Notes under the pieces: generated by a model
What the model saw: the letters and a program-made list of their open reading frames with translations, nothing else
Database searches by the model: none
What the model was told of the DNA's origin: nothing
Shown: positions 20,660-29,687 of the stretch, in pieces
Layout: every line of letters begins with the position of its first letter
Numbering within the stretch: position 1 is the first letter of the stretch
Source of the DNA: an uncultured Clostridium sp.
GTDB lineage: Bacteria > Bacillota > Clostridia > TANB77 > CAG-508
Length of the DNA stretch: 55,350 nt
Direction: 5' to 3'
NCBI GenBank assembly: GCA_948472955.1
Contig: CAOKVW010000002.1
Location: forward strand, 1 to 55,350
Program-made: the position numbers and the translations under genes

Positions 20660-21349
20660 TTAAAACACAAAACCTAATATTGCTATTATTAATACTTTCA
20701 CCATAATCTGCATAAAAAAAAGATAATTAATACACTTAATTCCGACATCATTAATATTATCAAAACCTGCCACTAATTTTTTGATTTCCTCTGGTGAAGA
20801 CAGATTTTTCTCCTCCATATATTCTTTCGCCAAATATCTAGCTTTTATCATCGCATCATTTTCAAGAAAAACTCTCACCATATAATAAATCATGCTTAAT
20901 ATTAAAAAAATAGTCAAAAACATCATCTTATTTGGTAATACTTTAAAAATCATCAAACCACAAATGATTAGAAAATAAATCAAATATAAATTAGAAAAAA
21001 CAAAGTTAAAGAGCAAAAGCTTTCTACTTTGGATAGAATGTAAGCATTCGTGTGCAATTGTTTGAATTCTTGTATAACTTTTCTGTATATTAGCAATCAA
21101 AATCTTATTGGTAATAGCCATATATAAACTTGCCTCTGCCCCTTCATTTTCTTCTATTTGGACACCTTCATTCTTTAACTTTTTTAGATACTCTTGGCAC
21201 ATTTCTCGATTACTCGGATATACTTTTGCTAATGCATCCAATTCCTCATTTTTGCCAATATGCTTCAATTCCTTTCTACTATAATCGAAGACATAAGCTA
21301 ATACTACAATTCCAATGAAAGCAATAACTCCTATTATCATAAAATCCAT
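20660..21349 (-). CDS. membrane protein with an HExxH metallopeptidase-like motif
   Basis: 229 aa. N-terminal and C-terminal hydrophobic segments. HECLH motif (TIAHECLHSIQ). Confidence 0.55.
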   Translation of the reverse strand: MDFMIIGVIAFIGIVVLAYVFDYSRKELKHIGKNEELDALAKVYPSNREMCQEYLKKLKNEGVQIEENEGAEASLYMAITNKILIANIQKSYTRIQTIAHECLHSIQSRKLLLFNFVFSNLYLIYFLIICGLMIFKVLPNKMMFLTIFLILSMIYYMVRVFLENDAMIKARYLAKEYMEEKNLSSPEEIKKLVAGFDNINDVGIKCINYLFFMQIMVKVLIIAILGFVF

Positions 21350-21369
21350 TTATCTTACCTCTTCCTTTG

Positions 21370-21705
21370 TTACTGTATGACATCTCGAATGGCTTCTCCA
21401 ATTATTTTATTCACGTCAGCAATCACGATATTAAACTTGGTCTCTGCTTCAAAGAATTTTTTCGCTTCATCTATTTCTATTAATTCAGCATACAAAGCTT
21501 GCATTTCTTTGTATTTCTCTTCATCTTGTTTTCCTGTTTGCATAACTGCCAATTGTGTCTCATATCTTTTTTGTTCAAATTGAGTCATCTTTTCTTTTAA
21601 ACTAGTATTCAAATTTAATGTCTGCTTTGCCATTTTATAATTTACATACTCTTCTGATTGTTTTATTTCTTGTGCTAATTGGTTAGCTGTATCATAAATA
21701 TTCAT
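21370..21705 (-). CDS. YlbF/YmcA-family regulatory protein
   Basis: 111 aa, helical, with a family-like N-terminus MNIYDTANQLAQEIKQSEEY. Confidence 0.7.
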   Translation of the reverse strand: MNIYDTANQLAQEIKQSEEYVNYKMAKQTLNLNTSLKEKMTQFEQKRYETQLAVMQTGKQDEEKYKEMQALYAELIEIDEAKKFFEAETKFNIVIADVNKIIGEAIRDVIQ

Positions 21706-21751
21706 TTTAATCTCCCTCTTTTCTAAAAGTCGCTATTAAAAACTCGCCTTT

Positions 21752-22801
21752 TTATTCCAATGTAACTTTTGCATCTGTCGGGCAAATGTTAACAAAAGTA
21801 TTTCCATCATTTACCTCAATTTCGTTTCCTTCTAAGTCTTTGTAAATTGTCTTCTCATCTCTAGCACTTTTGGTACATTTTATTTTAATTGCCTTTCCAT
21901 TGGTAATATAATAACCATCAAATGTTCCGATATTTTTTAATCCTTGTCTTCCCTTATCTTCTACATCATCTAACGTATAATTATCACAGAAAGTTATTAG
22001 GATATTCTTAGTAGTAATGGTCTTTTTGGTATCCCAGTCTACTTGTTCTTTTCCTCTTGCCTGTCTTTCATATACTTTATTTTCTTCGTCATATTCATAT
22101 TTTACAGTTTGAAGCTGAGAATGCGGAATTGTCACACTAACTGCACTTTGCCCATTTTCCAAATCTTTTTCATCGGTTGTATAATTCAATACACTTTTTT
22201 CTCTCGAAATAGTTTTATATTTTTTGTTTTTAGCCGATTCTAATAATTTTTCTGTACTTGTTACGGCATTATGTGGTGAAACTTTATCTTTTGCTCTCCA
22301 GAAAGTCGTTCCATCTTCTGAAATTCCGTTTATATCTTGAATACTATATTTTTTAATATCACTACTTGCCTGTGGACTTTCTCCAAAATGCGCATAAATC
22401 GCATCATGTTCCATTGCATAATCAAGAAAATAATGTCTTGCACTTCTTACTGGACCTATTTTTTCAAGATTAGCTCCTTTAAATAATGCCATTAATCTAG
22501 TTTCTCCTCCTTCAACAATGATTTCATATACCAGATAAGCTTCTTGTAGACCAGCTTGTGGCCAAGCTTCATTATGATTATCCAACATAACCGCTATTGG
22601 TCTATCTTTTCCTGAAAAGATTTTTGCTGTTTTTTCTTCTATTTCAGATGGCATTATCGTATTTTCTTCTGACGCAACTGTTTGTTCGTTCTCTTTATCT
22701 TTTAAAATTTTAGAGCCCAATACCCAACCTGCTACTATAATTAAAATGACTAAAATAGCAATTAATATTTTGGTTCCAACCTGTCCTCTTTCCTCTTTCA
22801 T
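21752..22801 (-). CDS. DUF3048-family (YerB-like) exported protein
   Basis: 349 aa with an N-terminal anchor. Strings RPIAVMLDNH...AWPQAGL and YLVYE..VEGGETRLMALF. Confidence 0.7.
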   Translation of the reverse strand: MKEERGQVGTKILIAILVILIIVAGWVLGSKILKDKENEQTVASEENTIMPSEIEEKTAKIFSGKDRPIAVMLDNHNEAWPQAGLQEAYLVYEIIVEGGETRLMALFKGANLEKIGPVRSARHYFLDYAMEHDAIYAHFGESPQASSDIKKYSIQDINGISEDGTTFWRAKDKVSPHNAVTSTEKLLESAKNKKYKTISREKSVLNYTTDEKDLENGQSAVSVTIPHSQLQTVKYEYDEENKVYERQARGKEQVDWDTKKTITTKNILITFCDNYTLDDVEDKGRQGLKNIGTFDGYYITNGKAIKIKCTKSARDEKTIYKDLEGNEIEVNDGNTFVNICPTDAKVTLE

Positions 22802-22816
22802 ACCTATTTCTCCCTT

Positions 22817-23290
22817 CTAATCTCTATCCATCTTGAGGTCTTTTAATATCTTCTCTTCTTTTGGTCTCATGATTTTCTTGTCTTCTTCTTGTATGTGGTC
22901 ATATCCCATCAAATGATAAAATCCATGTACTAACATATAACTAAATTCTCTTTCAAAACTGTGCTCATATTCCTGTGCTTGTTCTTTCACTCTTTCCATA
23001 GAAATCATGATATCTCCTAGCATATCTTCATATGTAAAATCATTTTCTTGTAATTTTTGGCTTAGCTCGTCCTTTTCAAATATAGGAAAAGAAAGCACAT
23101 CCGTTGCTTTATCGATATTCCTATACTCCTTATTTATTTTGCGTATATTCTCTGGGGTTGTTAAAATAATCGTAATGGATAATTTGGTATTTTCCAATTG
23201 TTCCTCTTTAAAACACTGCGTTAGTACTTTCTTCACAATTTTCTCATATTCTTTTTTTTCTTCTATTCCTTGATATAGTATTTCATACAT
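22817..23290 (-). CDS. ybeY: rRNA maturation endoribonuclease YbeY
   Basis: 157 aa. Zinc motif HGFYHLMGYDH. Confidence 0.9.
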   Translation of the reverse strand: MYEILYQGIEEKKEYEKIVKKVLTQCFKEEQLENTKLSITIILTTPENIRKINKEYRNIDKATDVLSFPIFEKDELSQKLQENDFTYEDMLGDIMISMERVKEQAQEYEHSFEREFSYMLVHGFYHLMGYDHIQEEDKKIMRPKEEKILKDLKMDRD

Positions 23291-23292
23291 AT

Positions 23293-24510
23293 TTATGCAA
23301 CTTCCTTAACTTTTATGTATTTTCCTTCTGATTTACAAGAATCTTTTATCTGCTTCATAGCTCCATAGTCAACTAATTTTCTTTTATAATATTGCAAAAT
23401 TTTTGAATAATCTGTTTTTCCTTCTTTTAGTTTTTTCATATCATTTTTTATAAATAATATTTCCTTTTGTTTCACATATTCTATAAAATTACTTTCTTTT
23501 AATTTTGCAATTTCCTGATAACGACTCCAAAATTTCTTGTATTCGTCTCTAATTTTAGGTGAATCCCAATATACTTTTGTGGATAATAATTTGACATTAT
23601 AATCTTCCATTAAATTAATTAACATAGAATAAGCTCGTTCTCTTCTCGTTGCAATTTTAGTATCTTGTACTAATATCCTAGCATCTCTTAATAATTTTTC
23701 ATAACATTGCTCTGCTACAATTAATGGTAAACTATGTGTAAATAGCTTTCTACTAATTCCTAACAAAACCATATTTTTTTCTATATTGTCTTTCGCATCC
23801 AATTTTCCTACTGCATAAGATTCATATTTTTCATATTCGGATACTACATCCTTTACACTTTCATCATAATTGATTTCTATTTTTAAAGCTAAAATATTTT
23901 GGATATATTCTTCTAATGTGTGAAATATCTTTGTATAAATCCATTCTTTGGTTGTGTCATAAACATTGGTATTGTCTGCCACCTTAATCGAATAGTTTTT
24001 TAAAATAGACTTGTATAAAGTATCCATTTTAGCTAGATAAAATTGGTTGTATCTTTCCTTTAGTTTTTCTTTGCTGTCTACTTTAATTCCTTCATAATCT
24101 AGCTCAATCAAATATTTTTGTTTTCGATATTTGTATTCTATGTATTCACTCTCTTTTAAACTAGTCACTTCATAATATTTTGATAAAGCTTCTTTTTCAA
24201 AATCTGAAGCTGTATTGTTTTTTACTTTTTTATAGATAGAGTCCATGACATACTTATCAAGTGCACCTAAGTAAGCCTCATAAGCTATATCATATTTTTT
24301 CTCTGTTTCTTCTTTATTATAATTTTCATTATCTTGTCTATCATTTTCAAAAGCTTTCATGACATTATTTCTTTTCATTGAAATTAACATCCCATTGATT
24401 CCTATTTTAGTAGGTATTAACATTCTTGTTAATGTGCTTGTTATTTTATTAAAAAATGTTTTATCTGCTCCCGTTATTTTAAGGCTTCTTTCTTCCATTC
24501 TAACTCTCAT
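23293..24510 (-). CDS. hypothetical protein (405 aa, helical, Lys/Glu/Tyr-rich)
   Basis: Long uninterrupted ORF packed tightly between ybeY and yqfD. No family recognised. Confidence 0.55.
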   Translation of the reverse strand: MRVRMEERSLKITGADKTFFNKITSTLTRMLIPTKIGINGMLISMKRNNVMKAFENDRQDNENYNKEETEKKYDIAYEAYLGALDKYVMDSIYKKVKNNTASDFEKEALSKYYEVTSLKESEYIEYKYRKQKYLIELDYEGIKVDSKEKLKERYNQFYLAKMDTLYKSILKNYSIKVADNTNVYDTTKEWIYTKIFHTLEEYIQNILALKIEINYDESVKDVVSEYEKYESYAVGKLDAKDNIEKNMVLLGISRKLFTHSLPLIVAEQCYEKLLRDARILVQDTKIATRRERAYSMLINLMEDYNVKLLSTKVYWDSPKIRDEYKKFWSRYQEIAKLKESNFIEYVKQKEILFIKNDMKKLKEGKTDYSKILQYYKRKLVDYGAMKQIKDSCKSEGKYIKVKEVA

Positions 24511-24552
24511 CCTTCCCCAAGGCTCTACCTAGTTTAGAAAACAAAAGTCCTG

Positions 24553-25737
24553 CTAAAATACAATCTTTTCATTCGTCCCTATATTTTCCAAAACTTCATA
24601 GGTAACGTAAACATCAATACTATCCCCTTTTTCATAAGTATTAATATTTTTTCCTACAATTGCTTCCTTATCTTCAATTTCTTTCTCTAATTCCTCTTGT
24701 AATTGTTCTATCCCTATGTTTTTAGCTTCCTCCATTTGATAGTCTTTTGGTTTTTCCTCTACCTCTTTATGCGTCATTTTGATAATAGAAATTGGTAAAT
24801 AAAAGTCTGAAAATAATCTCATTTTGTTTTCCGCTTCTATTGTATCATAAATTTCGAATTTTGAAACCCCTTTATGCAAATTTATTTTAAAATTATTAAA
24901 CTTTATCGTATATTGATTTTGGATATTCCCTGTTTCTTGTCTTTCCGTAGTATGATACGGAATATTTTTATATTTGGTGTGCCATACTTTTGCTTGTATT
25001 TCTCCTTTGGCATGCACATAACGAATCCCTGTATATTTTCCTTCCATCCAGCCATTAATTAAAGTTTCTCCTACATTCACAGTATCTCCCACTTTTACAT
25101 TAGCCGTTCCTGTTTGTGCATTCATTTTCGTGATAATACCCACTTTGTCAGAAATAATACTACAATATTCCTCGTCATTTATAATCTCTGGCTTTTCATC
25201 TGCCTTTACCAGTTTTACAATCGCATTCGTTCCCTTTAATTCAATTCCCATCCATGCAATATCTTTTCTTTGTAACCTAATTTTATTAATCACTTCTTTC
25301 GTATTTACTTTTGCTTTCCACTCTCCTATCTTTAATCCAGCCTCTTCTATCTCCTTTGCTATATTTTCTAATTCCTGACCATTTTCTTCTCTAATATCCA
25401 CATTCCATACAAAATTTGAGGATAACAAGGTTAGAAAAATCATGATTAACAATAACACAAAAAATATTTTCCTTTTTTGATAACGATGCAATAAAAATGG
25501 AAATCCTTTTTTGCTTTTTATTTTTAACTTACATTTTGTTTTTTTCGCTATCTCACAAATCTCTTTAAAGTCATGAATACCAGCTCTAAAATCTAACTGC
25601 ACATCTTTTCTTCTTTTTAAGTGCCAAATAGCAATCTTTTTGTTTCGACACATATTAATAAATCTTTCTATGTAATATCCTTCTATTGTAATTTCTAAAT
25701 ACCCCATGATATAGCTAAACAATATCTTTATTATCAT
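24553..25737 (-). CDS. yqfD: sporulation protein YqfD
   Basis: 394 aa. N-terminus ...GYLEITIEGYYIERFINMC..., one TM segment, and position directly after yqfC. Confidence 0.85.
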   Translation of the reverse strand: MIIKILFSYIMGYLEITIEGYYIERFINMCRNKKIAIWHLKRRKDVQLDFRAGIHDFKEICEIAKKTKCKLKIKSKKGFPFLLHRYQKRKIFFVLLLIMIFLTLLSSNFVWNVDIREENGQELENIAKEIEEAGLKIGEWKAKVNTKEVINKIRLQRKDIAWMGIELKGTNAIVKLVKADEKPEIINDEEYCSIISDKVGIITKMNAQTGTANVKVGDTVNVGETLINGWMEGKYTGIRYVHAKGEIQAKVWHTKYKNIPYHTTERQETGNIQNQYTIKFNNFKINLHKGVSKFEIYDTIEAENKMRLFSDFYLPISIIKMTHKEVEEKPKDYQMEEAKNIGIEQLQEELEKEIEDKEAIVGKNINTYEKGDSIDVYVTYEVLENIGTNEKIVF

Positions 25738-25832
25738 CTATTTAAGTCCTCTCTTTATTTTAATTAGGAAAATTGCGACACATAAGGTATAAAAAATAAT
25801 AAATTACACCTTAAATTAATAGCATTGCAATG

Positions 25833-26111
25833 CTAATCTACCGTTCTTTCAATATCCATACTTTCAATCTTACCAGTCACTTTAATATCATCCTCTGTCA
25901 TATTTTCCAAATTCAGATTAAATCCATTCACATTAACAATACCCACATGAGTATTAATTCTCACAAAATACTCCTCATACTCCAGAATCCCTTTAAAATT
26001 CTCAATTATCATCTCATCAAATCCTATCATTGTAATCTTAGGAATATCGGAATAAACCTCTTGTGGCATCTCCAACATTTTATTAATTTTATCGTAATTT
26101 CTCTTTTTCAT
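25833..26111 (-). CDS. yqfC: sporulation protein YqfC (YabP/YqfC family)
   Basis: 92 aa. ...PKITMIGFDEMIIENFKGILEYEE..V.I... pattern. Sits upstream of yqfD. Confidence 0.85.
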   Translation of the reverse strand: MKKRNYDKINKMLEMPQEVYSDIPKITMIGFDEMIIENFKGILEYEEYFVRINTHVGIVNVNGFNLNLENMTEDDIKVTGKIESMDIERTVD

Positions 26112-26130
26112 AGCTTTCCTTTCCTCATTT

Positions 26131-26246
26131 GGTGCGTTCTGGTGCGTTCTGGGTGCGTTCTGGGACAGGCACCATCATACCCCTTTTGTCGTGTTTTGGG
26201 ACAGGCACCACTATACCCTTTTTGGCTACTTTGGGGACAGGTTACC
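26131..26246. repeat. GC-rich composite tandem repeat: GGTGCGTTCT x3, then GGGACAGGCACCAnnATACCCnTTTT x2, then GGGGACAGGTTACC
   Basis: Read directly from the sequence. Fills the whole gap between the pdaA-like stop and the yqfC start. Shares the GGGACAGG core with REP family B. Confidence 0.75.
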
Positions 26247-26251
26247 TTGTT

Positions 26252-27076
26252 TTATTTTTCAAATTCATCGAGTGACTTAAATTCATATCCCATATTTTTA
26301 GCTTCTTTTATAACTGCATCTAAAATGTTTGTATTCGTTTTTGAATTGCCATGCAACAACATAATTTCTCCATTGTGTAGATTGTCTAATACTTTCTTTT
26401 TAGCAGATGTTTCGTCTGGTTGTTTGTCTTCATTCCAATCTTCGTAGGCAAATGACCACATAACGGTTGTATAGCCTAGTCGATTGGTTACTTGTAAGGT
26501 ATTTTCACTAAATTCTCCTTTTGGTGGCCTAATGTATTTCATTTCATAATTGAATTTTTCGTTGATTACTTGATGTAAATCCATGACTTCTGTTTTAATT
26601 TTCTCTTCTGTTAATTCTGGCATACTTTTATGATTGACTGTATGGTTTCCTATGATATGTCCTTCGTCTATCATTTGTTGTACTAGGTCTGGTTGTGTGT
26701 TGACAAAATGTGCTGTTATAAAAAAAGTAGCTTTTACTTGATTTTCTTTTAAGGTAGAAAGTAGCTGTGGTGTGTAACCCGCTTCATATCCCTCATCAAA
26801 GGTTAAATAAATACTTTTCTTCTCTTTATTTCCTAAACAAATTCCTTTATTTTCTTCTAAGACTTTTTTATTGTTACTTCCTACATCTGGCTGTTCATGA
26901 TTATCATTTCTTTTGATACCCCAACCTATTTTTTGATTGCTAACTGTACTACTATTGGTTGCTATTTCAGCTTCTTTTGTATTCATTGATATTACACTAA
27001 GTGAAAATATTGCTGTTATTAATATAAGAATAAACCCATAATGCATGGTTTTCTTTTCTTTTATCTTTTTTGTCAT
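26252..27076 (-). CDS. polysaccharide deacetylase, PdaA-like (delta-lactam-type de-N-acetylase)
   Basis: 274 aa with a signal anchor. NodB-type motifs YLTFDEGYEAGYT and GNHTVNHKSM. Confidence 0.8.
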   Translation of the reverse strand: MTKKIKEKKTMHYGFILILITAIFSLSVISMNTKEAEIATNSSTVSNQKIGWGIKRNDNHEQPDVGSNNKKVLEENKGICLGNKEKKSIYLTFDEGYEAGYTPQLLSTLKENQVKATFFITAHFVNTQPDLVQQMIDEGHIIGNHTVNHKSMPELTEEKIKTEVMDLHQVINEKFNYEMKYIRPPKGEFSENTLQVTNRLGYTTVMWSFAYEDWNEDKQPDETSAKKKVLDNLHNGEIMLLHGNSKTNTNILDAVIKEAKNMGYEFKSLDEFEK

Positions 27077-27211
27077 GATGAATCCGTCCTTTCACGGCAT
27101 ATTTTTTTATATTTAATATATATTTTGGAGAACGAAAAGATATGAAAAAAAATAACTATTGGCTTATAAAACCTTTCGTTATTTTTCTACCTATAGCTAT
27201 TCTTACTTTAT

Positions 27212-28069
27212 TTATATTTTGTTATATACCATTTTTATTATTTCGTATCTTTGCCCAATCAGCTTTTTATAAAAATCTTTTCTTAACTTTGACATAACCT
27301 CTATTCCATCCACAAAACTTTCAATTTCATCTATTTTTATCTGGTTAAAAATCCTACCAATAGCTTCGTTGCATTCCTTATTACTCATTTGTTTAATATA
27401 TGACATATAATTTATCTTTTTCCCATTTTCTTTTAAACAAGAATAATAATTAATGGCTAAATTTTTTAATTCCACGTCATCTATTTTTTGTATTCTTTCA
27501 TCTTCGTACATTGGATTAAAACAAGAACCACAATCATAAATTGGCGAAAAACTAGTTTTTCCTGTATTTTTATTTAATAAAAATCCCCAATTCCCATTAT
27601 GTCTGTCTGTATTCCCTATTAAACTATCAACAATAAACATTTCCCAGAATTTTTCTCTTGTTTCTATTACATCAATCATTTTTTTGCTTTCTTCCAAAAC
27701 TCCCATAATATCGTTTATTTCTGTTTCTATCTTTTTATCTGGATTGCTACTTAATGCTAAATTTTCAAATTCATATAATACCTGATTTTTATCTGTAAAA
27801 TCCTCACAAGCACATACAATCTTTTGTTTTCCTTTATATTGATATTTCCCTAAAATTGTATTTTGCGTTTTAAAACCAATCATTTTAAATATATTACTTC
27901 CTACATATTCTGAAAACGCATTATTGATATAGGATATGTTCTTATTTTTTTCTCTTACTGGGTCTGGAAATTTTACTAAATATTTTTTATCATTATATAT
28001 TAATGTTTTCTTTTTTTCCGAACCTTTGTAGTTATTAAATTCTTCTATACATTCTGTAAAATCTATCAT
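27212..28069 (-). CDS. HipA C-terminal-domain-like kinase
   Basis: 285 aa. Catalytic-loop-like string LIGNTDRHNGNWGFL. Confidence 0.55.
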   Translation of the reverse strand: MIDFTECIEEFNNYKGSEKKKTLIYNDKKYLVKFPDPVREKNKNISYINNAFSEYVGSNIFKMIGFKTQNTILGKYQYKGKQKIVCACEDFTDKNQVLYEFENLALSSNPDKKIETEINDIMGVLEESKKMIDVIETREKFWEMFIVDSLIGNTDRHNGNWGFLLNKNTGKTSFSPIYDCGSCFNPMYEDERIQKIDDVELKNLAINYYSCLKENGKKINYMSYIKQMSNKECNEAIGRIFNQIKIDEIESFVDGIEVMSKLRKDFYKKLIGQRYEIIKMVYNKI

Positions 28070-28242
28070 CGTTTTTCTCCTTCTTATTTTATATGCTCAT
28101 CATAGCATATTTTTTCAGACAATACAATAACATTTCGAGAATAAAATTCCATAAAATGATTGATTTTTTTCTTTTTCTATAATAGAATACATTTATCAAT
28201 CATTTAAGACAAATAAATTTATAAAATAAGGAGCTGAAAATC

Positions 28243-28761
28243 ATGAAAAATATTGACGTATCTATCATCATGGGAAGTGACTCTGATTTACCAATCATGA
28301 AAGATTGTGCTAAATTTTTAGAACAAATGGGAATTTCTTATGAAATGAAAATCCTTTCTGTTCATCGTACACCAGAAAAAGCAACCAAATATGCAGAAGA
28401 ATTAAAAGAAAATGGTGTCAAAGTAATCATTGCAGGTGCAGGTGGAGCTGCTCACCTTCCAGGTGTATTTGCTGCCATGTTGCCAACCGTTCCAGTCATT
28501 GGAATTCCAATTCATACAAAAACTTTAGGTGGTGTGGATTCTTTATATTCCATCGTTCAAATGCCTTCTGGTATTCCAGTTGCAACCGTTGCTATCAATG
28601 GTGCTAAAAATGCTGGTATCCTAGCAACTTCTATTTTAGCCGTTGGAAATGAAGAAATAAAAAATAAATTAGCCGATTTTAAAAATTCTTTAAAAGATGC
28701 CGTATCTGCCAAAGATGAAAAATTACAACAATTAGGCTATGAAGCTTATTTAAATAATTAA
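28243..28761 (+). CDS. purE: 5-(carboxyamino)imidazole ribonucleotide mutase
   Basis: 172 aa. IMGSDSDLPIM and AGGAAHLPGV. Confidence 0.95.
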   Translation: MKNIDVSIIMGSDSDLPIMKDCAKFLEQMGISYEMKILSVHRTPEKATKYAEELKENGVKVIIAGAGGAAHLPGVFAAMLPTVPVIGIPIHTKTLGGVDSLYSIVQMPSGIPVATVAINGAKNAGILATSILAVGNEEIKNKLADFKNSLKDAVSAKDEKLQQLGYEAYLNN

Positions 28762-28783
28762 TTTATATAAAGGTGGTTTTAAA

Positions 28784-29632
28784 ATGAAAAAAATTAGTAG
28801 TGGAAAAGTTCGTGAAATATACGAAGTAGATGAAGATAAACTTTTGCTAGTTGTATCGGATAGAATCTCTGCCTTTGACTATATTTTACCAAGTCTCGTT
28901 CCCAACAAAGGAAAAATTCTAAATCAAATCTCTGAGTTTTGGTTTAATTATATCAAAGACATCATTCCCAATCATGTCATATCTACTGACATAAAAGATT
29001 TTCCTAAAGAATTTCAAACAGAGGAATTTGAAGGAAGAAGTATGTTAGTCAAAAAATTAAAAATGATACCTATTGAATGTATCGTTAGAGGTTACATTAC
29101 AGGTTCTGGATGGAAAAGTTATCAAGAAAATGGTACGGTTTGTGGTATTACTTTACCAGAAGGATTACAAGAATCAGAAAAATTACCAGAACCAATCTTT
29201 ACACCAACTACCAAAGCAGCCGAAGGACATGACGAAAATATTTCTTTTGAAGAAGTTTGCAATTTGATTGGAAAAGATTTAGCAGAAAAACTGCGTGCTA
29301 AAACAATTGAAATTTATTCAAAATGTGCTGAATATGCCTTAACAAAAGGTGTTATCATTGCAGATACAAAATTTGAATTTGGTGTCGATGAAAATGGCAC
29401 TCTAGTCATTGGAGACGAAGTGTTAACACCAGATTCTAGTAGATTTTGGCCAGCTTCTGATTATCAAGTTGGTAGAGGACAAAAAAGTTTTGATAAACAA
29501 TATATTCGTGATTGGATTAAGTCTACTGGTTATGACCCAGAATCTGGTACACCAATTCCAGATGATGTGATTGATGTAACGGTTAACAAATATAAAGAAG
29601 CTTATCAAATACTTACTGGTAAAAATTTTTAA
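28784..29632 (+). CDS. purC: SAICAR synthase
   Basis: 282 aa. GKVREIY and SDRISAFD. Confidence 0.95.
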   Translation: MKKISSGKVREIYEVDEDKLLLVVSDRISAFDYILPSLVPNKGKILNQISEFWFNYIKDIIPNHVISTDIKDFPKEFQTEEFEGRSMLVKKLKMIPIECIVRGYITGSGWKSYQENGTVCGITLPEGLQESEKLPEPIFTPTTKAAEGHDENISFEEVCNLIGKDLAEKLRAKTIEIYSKCAEYALTKGVIIADTKFEFGVDENGTLVIGDEVLTPDSSRFWPASDYQVGRGQKSFDKQYIRDWIKSTGYDPESGTPIPDDVIDVTVNKYKEAYQILTGKNF

Positions 29633-29687
29633 TAGGATATAAATCCCCCTTACCATTTCATCTAATATGGTTAAGGGGGATTCTATT

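Noticed and set aside
26131-26246. The GC-rich repeat array, and the 33-bp repeats at 43874-43972, read as CRISPR arrays.
   Set aside because: The units are directly adjacent or too short, with no unique spacers of constant length, and there are no cas genes in the window.
27142-27297. A 51-aa hydrophobic + strand ORF (MKKNNYWLIKPFVIFLPIAILTLFIFCYIPFLLF...) with a GGAG 8 nt upstream.
   Set aside because: It overlaps 86 nt of the 3' end of the HipA-like gene on the opposite strand. Hydrophobic peptides arise easily from T-rich sequence. It is mentioned only as a possible partner and is not called as a feature.
28070-28242. A purine (guanine/adenine) riboswitch or T-box leader upstream of purE, purF/purN or purM.
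   Set aside because: I could not find the conserved riboswitch core strings or a plausible three-way junction in these gaps. Only REP elements and simple palindromes are visible, for example ACATTTTTTTCAAAAAAATGT near 40315 and TTTGACAGATTCTGTCAAA near 40552.
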